Assembly: GCA_002762975.1 (NCBI GenBank)
Contig: PCWY01000022.1
Location: 1 to 31,430 of the forward strand
DNA from: Candidatus Diapherotrites archaeon CG11_big_fil_rev_8_21_14_0_20_37_9
GTDB taxonomy: Archaea; Iainarchaeota; Iainarchaeia; Iainarchaeales; Iainarchaeaceae
Reading direction: 5' to 3'
Length of the DNA: 31,430 nt
Shown: positions 1-7,558 of the stretch, piece by piece
How positions within the stretch are numbered: the first letter of the stretch is position 1
How the letters are laid out: every line of letters starts with the position of its first letter
The notes under the pieces: model-generated
What the model was told of the DNA's origin: nothing
The model's database searches: none
The model's input: the letters and a program-made list of their open reading frames with translations, nothing else
Position numbers and translations under genes: made by a program

Positions 1-512
1 TTATAAAATGAAATATGAGGTACTTTTGCCATTGCAGTTAACTGGCCCGTCAAATCAATAAGGTAATGGTAACGGTTTTCTTTCACTGGAGTACTTTCAG
101 GAATAGGCACCCCCATTATTCTGATTGACCTGTCCAGAAAATCATCAACTTCTACTTTTGTTTTCCAGACTTTCAAGTATGGAATGCCTTCAAAATAATT
201 CGGGGAAAAAGTCAGCCCCGGAAAAACCACGTGGCCACAATTTCTTTCACGTGCAAATTTTATTGCTTCCCCTATAAGTGTCTATATGTTCTGCTTGTGT
301 TTGAACATCCCTTAGGTAATATCCTTCGTTAATTTTTGCGGTTAAAATTCCTTTGCGGATGCCACATTTTAGACTGGCATTATCCTTAATTGGAGTAAAA
401 CTATTTTTGTGTGACATGGCATTCAAGCCAAAAGAAAAAATCTTTCCCACGCAACGGTGAATTCCTGGATTGACATCTACTCCGCCTTCAGACGTCAAGA
501 GAAAAGTCCCAT
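1..512 (-). pseudogene. Frameshifted or disrupted gene of unknown function, running off the left edge
   Basis: AAGGAG plus 7 nt precedes ATG at 512 (MGLFS then stop). The track ORF 498-247 continues in a shifted frame. A stop-free frame from 281 to the window edge (TLIGEAIKFARERNCGHVVFPGLTFSPNYFEGIPYLKVWK...) is back in the frame of the 512 ATG. Confidence 0.4.
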
Positions 513-559
513 TTTTTTTCTCCTTGCCTAATTACGCAGTCTTGAAGTCCAATTTGTTT

Positions 560-1264
560 TTATCTTATTGCATCCCACAATATTTCGTCTCTTGGTTTCA
601 CTACAACGCCATCTTCGTTGATGTCGAATGCATGAACTGATTTGCTGTGGTTGGTTCCACGCATTTTTCTGATAAAAATACTTCTGTTTGGAGGGGTAAA
701 GTACAAAGAAACAACTCCATCAACAAGGAATTCTTCAACTCCGAAAGCCGAGAAATCAAGTTTTCCGCCTTTTGTTTCTGCAATAAGCATTGTTGTACAT
801 TCAAGCTCTTTCAAAGTATCGGCAAAGGTGTAGAGCATATGTCTCATTTTTCCCTGGTCAGGTATCCACAAACCAAGGGTTGTTGTTGAATCAACCACAA
901 GTCTCTTACAACCCATTTCTTCAACTATTTTTGAAATAACTTTAAGTTCTTCCTCAATTTGTCTCTGCACGTTTTCTGTTGTGTGTAAATTGATTTTATA
1001 AATCCTGAATTTTCCCGCATCCTGTAATGGCTTTACATCCCATCCGAATGATTCCATGTCCCATACAATGTTCTTGAGGTTTCCTTCAAGGGTGATGTAG
1101 AGGCCTGCTTCGTCAAAATTTTTTGCACCATTATAAAGATAACTTAGCCCGAAAATTGTTTTTCCTGTTCCTGCTCCGCCTGAAAGCAGCATTGCTGAGC
1201 CTGTTGGAAAACCGCCTTCAATAAGTTCGTCAAATCCTTTTACTCCTGTTTTAGTTCTGTCCAT
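560..1264 (-). CDS. Single-domain KaiC/RAD55-family RecA-superfamily ATPase
   Basis: Walker A GGAGTGKT, Walker B LVVDS, C-terminal RKMRGTNHS motif; 234 aa, one domain only. Confidence 0.9.
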   Translation of the reverse strand: MDRTKTGVKGFDELIEGGFPTGSAMLLSGGAGTGKTIFGLSYLYNGAKNFDEAGLYITLEGNLKNIVWDMESFGWDVKPLQDAGKFRIYKINLHTTENVQRQIEEELKVISKIVEEMGCKRLVVDSTTTLGLWIPDQGKMRHMLYTFADTLKELECTTMLIAETKGGKLDFSAFGVEEFLVDGVVSLYFTPPNRSIFIRKMRGTNHSKSVHAFDINEDGVVVKPRDEILWDAIR

Positions 1265-1268
1265 AATA

Positions 1269-1835
1269 TCACTCCCTAATTTCCTTCAAAACCTTTTCAA
1301 GAACCTTTTTTTGGGTTAATTCATCAGTATTAAGCGCCAAATTGAATACTTTAAGGTTTTCACCCATAGTGAAATTGTACAACCTCTGATATAAAGCTTT
1401 TGTCTCGTTGTCACGAGCCTTTATTTTGGTCAAAACTTCACCATATTCAAGGTTATCTCTTTCTGAAACTCTTTTCGCGCGCACCTCTGCAGAGGCATTC
1501 AGCCAGACCTTGAAGGCTTTTCCTTTGTAAAGGTAAGGCATTGTCCATGAATCAAGAATAATATTTCCTTTTTCGGCAATCCCAATGAGTTTTTTGTCAA
1601 GTGCAATGTCAAGAGAAGGATCATCCTGTCTTTGTTTCATGAATTTTTTTGCCTCTTCGCTTTCCCACCAATCCTTGCTTTTTTCAACGGATTCATGATC
1701 TACATCGATTCCTGATTTCTTCATTTCTTTAAGAATTGCAGAAGCATGTACAACTTTAATTCCAAGTTTTTTTCCAAGTGAATCTGCCAATGAACTTTTA
1801 CCTGAACCAGCAAAACCGGAAATTATCAAAAGCAT
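1269..1835 (-). CDS. cmk: Archaeal-type cytidylate kinase
   Basis: N-terminal IISGFAGSGKSS P-loop, ILDS, and KVWLNASAEVRAKRVSERD segment typical of archaeal CMP kinases. Confidence 0.8.
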   Translation of the reverse strand: MLLIISGFAGSGKSSLADSLGKKLGIKVVHASAILKEMKKSGIDVDHESVEKSKDWWESEEAKKFMKQRQDDPSLDIALDKKLIGIAEKGNIILDSWTMPYLYKGKAFKVWLNASAEVRAKRVSERDNLEYGEVLTKIKARDNETKALYQRLYNFTMGENLKVFNLALNTDELTQKKVLEKVLKEIRE

Positions 1836-1901
1836 TCTAATCCGTTTAGAATAGGGAAAAAGAGTTTAAGAAAGTAATTATTGTCTTGGGGAATTTAACC
1901 G

Positions 1902-2627
1902 TTAATAAGAATTCTTTTTTGCAGGAAACTTTCCTTCTTGGATATCTTTTGCGTACTTTTTTACCGCAGCAACAGCATCCTTTTTCAGATTGGCGTATTT
2001 TTTCAAAAACCTTGGATTGAAGGAGTCATCTGCATTTAATCCGACAAGATCATGGAAAACAAGAACCTGTCCTGCACAATATTTACCTGCACCGATTCCG
2101 ATTGTCGGGATTGTAAGCGTATCTGAAATTAATCTTGAAATTTTTTCAGGAACAAGTTCAAGTACAATCCATGAACAGCCTGCCTTTTCAAGTGCAATTG
2201 CGGAATCAATTAGTTTTTCAGCATCTTTTTTCACAATTGGTTTTGCATCGCTTTGCGGCAAATAACCGATGTGACCCATTACCCTTATTTTATTTTTTGA
2301 CAGTGCCTTTGCAATTTTTTGCTTTTGGCCCTCAATTTTTACCGCGTTTGCACCTGCTTTAAGAAATTTTTTTGCATTGGCAAGCGCTGTTTTTGGTGTT
2401 GAATAGGATCTGTAAGGCATGTCCGCAATAATCATTGCTTTTGGTTCTGCTCTTGCAACCGCTTTCACATGCACAAGCATTTCATTCATCCCGATTTCTC
2501 TTGTGGATTTCATTCCATGCACGACATTTGCCACTGAATCTCCGACAAGAATAATATCAATACCTGCTTCATCAACTATTTTTGCTGAAGGATAATCATA
2601 TGCTGTTACCATTACAATTTTTGTCAT
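1902..2627 (-). CDS. panB: 3-methyl-2-oxobutanoate hydroxymethyltransferase
   Basis: Motifs MVTAYDY, ILVGDS, ADMPY, VKIEG, MGHIG, PTIGIGAG and GQVLVFHD. Confidence 0.95.
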   Translation of the reverse strand: MTKIVMVTAYDYPSAKIVDEAGIDIILVGDSVANVVHGMKSTREIGMNEMLVHVKAVARAEPKAMIIADMPYRSYSTPKTALANAKKFLKAGANAVKIEGQKQKIAKALSKNKIRVMGHIGYLPQSDAKPIVKKDAEKLIDSAIALEKAGCSWIVLELVPEKISRLISDTLTIPTIGIGAGKYCAGQVLVFHDLVGLNADDSFNPRFLKKYANLKKDAVAAVKKYAKDIQEGKFPAKKNSY

Positions 2628-2668
2628 GAAAAAGATTAGATTTATCTGATTAAATAGTTTGCTGAAAG

Positions 2669-3601
2669 CTATTTTGCGGTTTTTTTCAGTTGTTTTAAAT
2701 ACCTTTGAAATTTTCCTGATTTAATTATTCTAAGTGCACTTGCATGTTTTTCTCCCATTGAACGAATGTATAAGTAATCCCATCCTTTTTGTCCTGGATA
2801 ATTTTTATGCAACCATTCGCCTATGGTTTTTCCCAAATCATAACTCCATTCTGGTTCAAAATAATTAGGATAACCAATAGATTTATTTTTTATTTTAGGT
2901 TTTCTATCAAAATCAATTTTTTTATGTTTCTTTTTTTGCAAAATCATGATTCCATGTTCAAGGGCATAAAAAGCATCAACTGCTTCCGCAAAAGGAACAT
3001 CCATTTTAATCACGCGCAATTGCTGCAATCTATGAATTGCCTCATGAATCGGAGTAACTGAATAATATGGGCTTTCGCTGAATCCTTTTGCAAGGTTCAT
3101 TTTTCCTGTTTTTTCATGGATTACACCGCCACCAATATGCCCGTACTTTTTCATATACTTGTAAATTGTTTTTCCCATCTGCCTTGCTTCCAAAAGCTCA
3201 TCTTTACTTGGATTTTTTTCATCAGTTATTGAGGATATAAGGTTGTGGAATATTGTTTGGGAAGTAATGTCAAGTGAATTTTCAAGTATTTTTTTTATTT
3301 CAGATTTTCTCTTTGCTGAAAGGTGTCTGCAAAAAATTTTTGCTGCAAAATCAACTTGTGCAATGAATAATTTTCTGTCTTTTTTAGTTAATTTTGTACC
3401 TGAAAGCATTTCGTTGTATTGAGGGAGAGGCAATTCAAGGTTTCCTTTTTTAATGTGCTTTTTCCCGTGGTATGTCCATTTTTCCGCAAGAAAATTTTCT
3501 GCAAGTTTCTTTGCTTTTACAGAATCAAAACCATCAATTATTTCTCCGGTTAGAATAAAATGAGCTTCGGGAGAATTATCCTTCAATGAATTTTTTGACA
3601 T
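2669..3601 (-). CDS. Lysine-rich hypothetical protein with an HExxH motif
   Basis: 310-aa open frame containing PIHEAIHRL. No family recognised. Confidence 0.7.
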   Translation of the reverse strand: MSKNSLKDNSPEAHFILTGEIIDGFDSVKAKKLAENFLAEKWTYHGKKHIKKGNLELPLPQYNEMLSGTKLTKKDRKLFIAQVDFAAKIFCRHLSAKRKSEIKKILENSLDITSQTIFHNLISSITDEKNPSKDELLEARQMGKTIYKYMKKYGHIGGGVIHEKTGKMNLAKGFSESPYYSVTPIHEAIHRLQQLRVIKMDVPFAEAVDAFYALEHGIMILQKKKHKKIDFDRKPKIKNKSIGYPNYFEPEWSYDLGKTIGEWLHKNYPGQKGWDYLYIRSMGEKHASALRIIKSGKFQRYLKQLKKTAK

Positions 3602-3671
3602 AATTTACACACGTATTTGATTACAACTACATTGCAAGGATAGCTTTAAATTGTTTTATTGATTTTTAACC

Positions 3672-4517
3672 TCAAAACCATATTTCTGAATATTTTTTTA
3701 TTTTAGGGATTTCCCTGAAAGCAATTGCAAGGTTATGTGCCTTTAATCCAAATTCGGAAAGATAATACTCGCTATTATCCTTCAAATACCTAGATTTTTC
3801 TAGGTTCTTTCCTGTGTAGATTACACAAAGATCGAAATCTTTTCTTTTAAGTAATTTTTCAGGGAGTTTAGTAGTATTTGTTTGGTAAATAATAATTTTC
3901 CCATACTTTGTTAGGGAATCAGTGCATTTTTTGTTCAGTTTCTTGCTGTGCACAGATTTAATAATACTGTGTTTTTTTCCTCTTGCAATTATTTCAAATC
4001 CGTTCTGTAAAAAACAAGCGAGCATTTTTGCTTCTCCTTTTCTGTTTATTTCATCAATCAGGACAGGGCAATTAAATTTTGAAAACAAATCAAAATTAAT
4101 TGCAAACCCCTCTCTTCCTGTTTTGTCAGTAGGACCGTCAACAAGTATCAAAGAATATTTTGCCGCAAGCCCTAATTTTATTTTACTTGTATCATACCAC
4201 AGGTATTTTCCATAATCTTTTATCGGCGCATAAATATATTTCACTTCAGCATACTTCCCAGCATATTTTGAATCATGTTCAATTGAATCCACTTGGTATA
4301 AAATTGAAAATATTTTTGAGCTTTTGCCACTGCCGATTTCAAGAATCCTGCTTCCTTTAGGGATATTTTTCAGAACCCATTCAAATACTTCATAAGAAAG
4401 CACGCATTTTTTTTTGTTTTGTAGCTGGGCTAATTTTAACAATTCAATTTCTTCAATGAATTTTTTTTCCATCTGCATGTAATCATTTTCCAATTGTATT
4501 TTTTTATTCAAAGCCAA
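3672..4517 (-). CDS. Putative class I SAM-dependent methyltransferase-fold protein
   Basis: RILEIGSGKSS motif I, acidic DSIEHD after strand 2, and LILVDGP. Start codon uncertain (TTG). Confidence 0.65.
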   Translation of the reverse strand: MALNKKIQLENDYMQMEKKFIEEIELLKLAQLQNKKKCVLSYEVFEWVLKNIPKGSRILEIGSGKSSKIFSILYQVDSIEHDSKYAGKYAEVKYIYAPIKDYGKYLWYDTSKIKLGLAAKYSLILVDGPTDKTGREGFAINFDLFSKFNCPVLIDEINRKGEAKMLACFLQNGFEIIARGKKHSIIKSVHSKKLNKKCTDSLTKYGKIIIYQTNTTKLPEKLLKRKDFDLCVIYTGKNLEKSRYLKDNSEYYLSEFGLKAHNLAIAFREIPKIKKYSEIWF

Positions 4518-4595
4518 TTTAACACAAGTTAACTTTTTTTATACTCTTATTATTCAATGTAATAAGTAAACTAAATTCTTTTTGGAGGTTTTTGG

Positions 4596-5144
4596 ATGAA
4601 AAATATTTTAGCAATACTTATTTTGTTTGCAATTGTTGTTTCAGGATGCACTGCCCAACCGCAAGCACAGGCGGATGATTCAATGATGGAGGATACCTAC
4701 AGGACAGGCGATAATTCTGTTATTGGTGATGATATGGGCGATTCAATGGGTGATGTAATGGATGATCACATGGGCGATACTGTCGGAGACGCAATGGACG
4801 ACCACATGGATGATATGATGGGTCATGAAAATACTATTGAATTCACCGAAACAGGGTATGTTCCAAATGAGCTTACAATAAAGGTTGGTGACACTGTTAC
4901 CTGGGTGAATAAAACACAATCATTGACCTGGCCTGCTTCTGCAAAGCATCCAACGCATACAGCTTACCCTGGATCAGATATTCAAAAATGTGGCACTGAT
5001 GAACAGGCAGGTATTTTTGATGCGTGCGCTGGCTTTGGTGAAGGTGAATCATATAGTTTTACTTTCAATGAACCTGGTGAATGGTTTTACCATGATCATC
5101 TGAATGCAAGCAAGTTCGGAAAAATAATTGTTAAAGCGCAATAA
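4596..5144 (+). CDS. Secreted or lipid-anchored cupredoxin (plastocyanin/azurin-like) domain protein
   Basis: Signal peptide with lipobox-like VVSGC, then P.ELTIKVGDTVTW.N, HPTH, YSFTF.EPG.W.YHDHL...G.IIV. Confidence 0.8.
   Translation: MKNILAILILFAIVVSGCTAQPQAQADDSMMEDTYRTGDNSVIGDDMGDSMGDVMDDHMGDTVGDAMDDHMDDMMGHENTIEFTETGYVPNELTIKVGDTVTWVNKTQSLTWPASAKHPTHTAYPGSDIQKCGTDEQAGIFDACAGFGEGESYSFTFNEPGEWFYHDHLNASKFGKIIVKAQ
4725..4826 (+). repeat. Degenerate 4-residue Asp/Met/His repeat in the cupredoxin linker
   Basis: GDDMGDSMGDVMDDHMGDTVGDAMDDHMDDMMGH read directly from the translation. Confidence 0.8.
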
Positions 5145-5159
5145 ATGTGCCTAGAGTTG

Positions 5160-5206
5160 CCTGCTTTGCTTTTGCATTGCAGGTTATCTCCTATTTTTTA
5201 ATTTTT
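5160..5206 (+). terminator. Hairpin plus T tracts after the cupredoxin gene
   Basis: cctgc (5160-5164) pairs with gcagg (5179-5183), inner tgc-tttt-gca; T runs at 5194-5199 and 5202-5206. Confidence 0.5.
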
Positions 5207-5230
5207 CTAATAGTAATTTATGTAATTTTC

Positions 5231-6145
5231 ATGGAAGAAACAAAATTCATTTGGATGAACGGAAAAATGGTTCCTTGGAAGGAAGCAACAGTCCATGTTC
5301 TTACGCATACTCTTCATTACGGCACAGGTGTCTTTGAAGGTATAAGATGCTATGATACAAAGGATGGCTCTGCAATTTTCAGGTTAAAGGAACATGCGAA
5401 AAGACTTCTTGATTCCGCGCACATAATGCAAATGAAAGTTCCTTTTACACAAGAGCAGATTGAAAGTGCCTGTAGGCAGATTGTAAAAGAAAATAATCTA
5501 AAAGAGTGCTACATAAGACCTCTTGTTTATTTTGGTTATGGCCAAATGGGTCTTGCAACAAAAGGTTGCAAGGTTGATGTTTCTGTTGCTGCTTGGCCAT
5601 GGGGTTCATACCTTGGCGAAGATGGCATAAAAAATGGTATCAGGGTTAAGGTTTCTTCGTTTACAAGGCACCATGTGAATGTGATGCCTACAAAATCAAA
5701 AACAGTGGGCAATTATGCGAATAGCACGCTTGCAAAAATGGAAGCACTTAATTCAGGTTATGAGGAAGCAATAATGCTTGATGCTCAAGGTTATATCAGC
5801 GAGTGCAGTGGAGAAAACATTTTCATTGTAAGGGATAATGAAATAATTACTCCTCCTACAACAAATGCGCTTGAGGGAATAACAAGAAAATCAATTATTG
5901 AAGTTGCAAAGTCTTTTGGTTATACTGTTAAAGAAGAGCTCTTTACAAGAGACCAACTTTACATTAGCGATGAAGCTTTTCTTACAGGGACGGCCGCTGA
6001 AGTAACTCCTATAAGGGAAGTTGACAACCGCACAATTGGTAATGGAATGCCAGGGCCAATTACAAAGAAATTCCAGTCAACTTACTTTGACGCAATTCAC
6101 GGCAAGGTTCCTGAATATAAAAAGTGGCTTGATTTTGTAAAATAA
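5231..6145 (+). CDS. ilvE: Branched-chain amino acid aminotransferase
   Basis: LHYGTGVFEGIR, YIRP, EAIMLD.QGYISECSGENIF, LEGITR, FLTGTAAEVTPI. Start moved to ATG 5231 (MEETKFIWMNG) from the track's 5147. Confidence 0.95.
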   Translation: MEETKFIWMNGKMVPWKEATVHVLTHTLHYGTGVFEGIRCYDTKDGSAIFRLKEHAKRLLDSAHIMQMKVPFTQEQIESACRQIVKENNLKECYIRPLVYFGYGQMGLATKGCKVDVSVAAWPWGSYLGEDGIKNGIRVKVSSFTRHHVNVMPTKSKTVGNYANSTLAKMEALNSGYEEAIMLDAQGYISECSGENIFIVRDNEIITPPTTNALEGITRKSIIEVAKSFGYTVKEELFTRDQLYISDEAFLTGTAAEVTPIREVDNRTIGNGMPGPITKKFQSTYFDAIHGKVPEYKKWLDFVK

Positions 6146-6177
6146 GCCTTAAATAGTTCATTAATCTTTAATATATT

Positions 6178-6617
6178 ATGAAGTCTAGACGAACTCTTTT
6201 TCCTAGAGGGGTATTAAGAAGAATTTCCTGACGCTGATTGGTTGAACCAGTTTTGCCCGGAGTAAAACGGGTCTCAGTGCCTTTATCAAAACCTAAAATA
6301 GGTGAAAAATCAGGAACAAAAATAAAACTAGGTTTCGGAAAAAGAACTGTTGATTTAAGGCAGCAGCAACCAAATTATTCTTCTCGGGTAGTTCCTGGAA
6401 AATCTACTGCTGAAAGAGTTTCCCCTAAAAAATAACTGCAAGATTAGCTGCAAGGCAAAAAGTTGCAGAGGAAAGAAAAAATAGGTCGCCAAAAAAACTT
6501 ACTGCTGCAGGAAGAGCAAGATTAGTTGATGCAAAAAAATTAAAATCCAGCAGACAACCTTCAGGATATCCTGAACCGCCACTCAAAAAACCTGCTAAAC
6601 CAAAGCGAAGAAGATAA
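6178..6617 (+). pseudogene. Disrupted K/R-rich orphan gene
   Basis: ATG 6178 follows TTAAATAG (6149-6156). In-frame TGA at 6229 and 6235. A shift at the A6 run (6427-6432) continues into ITARLAARQK...SPKKLTAAGRARL...KPAKPKRRR stop (6617). Confidence 0.6.
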
Positions 6618-6645
6618 CATCTAATTTTTACCGGTTTAATTTTGA

Positions 6646-7302
6646 TTATTCAATGTTGCGTATTTCATTTCCATGCTGATCCATAATTTTTTTCCCATGG
6701 CCTAGTTTTCTTCCTTCATTTTCAAGTGTAATTATCCTATGCCCGCTTCTTGTTTTGGCTAATAATTCTTTTTGTGCAGCAAGAATCATTCTTGTTTTTG
6801 GTCCGGTTTCAGGTTCAAAAAGAGTGTCAAAAAATTCTGCAAGAACACCCATTTTTCTTTCATGATCTGCAAGCTGATCTCTCATTCTTTCTATTTTCAA
6901 ATAATCATGGCTTTCGTTTTTCAATTCTCTTCGAAGTGCAATTCCTCTGCTCTGAAGCATCGCATACATTAATTTGTATTCCCTTATAACTCTAGGATTA
7001 TGATCAATAAACAAATCAGTAGCTTGTCTTACAACTGCCTGAAATTCTTCTGGGGATGCGCTTATAATATTTTTTATTATTGGTTTTCCGCTGTGGTCAA
7101 AAAGAATTGTTGGTTCCTTAACTTTTTCCCTAGGTTTTTCAGTTGATTCACCACGCAGTGCCTTTGCCCTATCTTGCGCAGGTTTTTCAAAATATCTCGC
7201 AGGCAAACTTAAATCATGGCTTATGAGTTCTCCGCTTGGCCCGTATAAAACTCCTTTGATTCCTTTAGGTAAATTATGCCCATGCACTGTAACCCGTTTC
7301 AT
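6646..7302 (-). CDS. Hypothetical protein with three short hhDxxGxxI-like motifs
   Basis: 218-aa ORF containing LYGPSGELI, LFDHSGKPI and IMDQHGNEI. A TATA-like tttaaatt lies about 25-30 nt upstream on the minus strand. Confidence 0.7.
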   Translation of the reverse strand: MKRVTVHGHNLPKGIKGVLYGPSGELISHDLSLPARYFEKPAQDRAKALRGESTEKPREKVKEPTILFDHSGKPIIKNIISASPEEFQAVVRQATDLFIDHNPRVIREYKLMYAMLQSRGIALRRELKNESHDYLKIERMRDQLADHERKMGVLAEFFDTLFEPETGPKTRMILAAQKELLAKTRSGHRIITLENEGRKLGHGKKIMDQHGNEIRNIE

Positions 7303-7358
7303 TAAGAATAGTAAATTTTCCTTTAATTTAAACCTTTCCTGCTTGTTTTAGCGATACT

Positions 7359-7368
7359 TATTTAAATT
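7359..7368 (+). promoter_or_regulatory. Putative TATA box of the leu/ilv leader transcript
   Basis: TTTAAATT at 7361-7368, starting 28 nt before ATG 7389; spacing fits an archaeal leaderless start. Confidence 0.55.
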
Positions 7369-7388
7369 TCTAGGACTTAATTATTAAC

Positions 7389-7457
7389 ATGAATTTTAAT
7401 GCAAGAATAAGGAAATTAGGCATTTTGCTTGTCCTTGTACTTGTATTGCTAGCTTAA
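7389..7457 (+). CDS. Putative Leu/Val/Ile-sensing leader peptide MNFNARIRKLGILLVLVLVLLA
   Basis: 22 codons with 7 Leu, 3 Val and 2 Ile; 11 of the last 13 are branched-chain. Lies directly upstream of leuA-ilvB-ilvN-ilvC-leuB. Confidence 0.8.
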   Translation: MNFNARIRKLGILLVLVLVLLA

Positions 7458-7530
7458 GCACCCGCAAAAATTTTCGACTTCTGCGGGGTGCGATTCCAAA
7501 AACACAGAAGTCTTTATAGTAAAGAAGGAG
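7458..7530 (+). promoter_or_regulatory. Attenuator-like alternative hairpins of the leu/ilv leader
   Basis: gcacccgca (7458-7466) with tgcggggtgc (7482-7491) excludes gacttctg (7476-7483) with cagaagtc (7505-7512), which is followed by ttta and then aaggag (7525-7530). Confidence 0.65.
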
Positions 7531-7558
7531 AAATGAAAAAAAAAGAAAAGTGAATTTA

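Noticed and set aside
560-1264. Circadian KaiC clock
   Set aside because: Single RecA-like domain with no kaiA or kaiB nearby; this is the common archaeal RAD55/KaiC-like family.
5147-5230. Track N-terminal extension of IlvE
   Set aside because: It runs through a terminator-like T-rich stretch; family similarity begins at ATG 5231.
6229-6237. TGA reassignment (genetic code 4 or 25) suggested by two in-frame TGA codons
   Set aside because: TGA ends conserved genes here with ATGA/GTGA overlaps (leuA, ilvB, ilvC, transketolase N, trpE, trpG), and conserved genes are full length under the standard code.
7484-7500. T-box riboswitch suggested by GGGGTGCGATTCC
   Set aside because: It lacks the UGGN-ACC antiterminator bulge, and there is no room for a stem I with a specifier loop.
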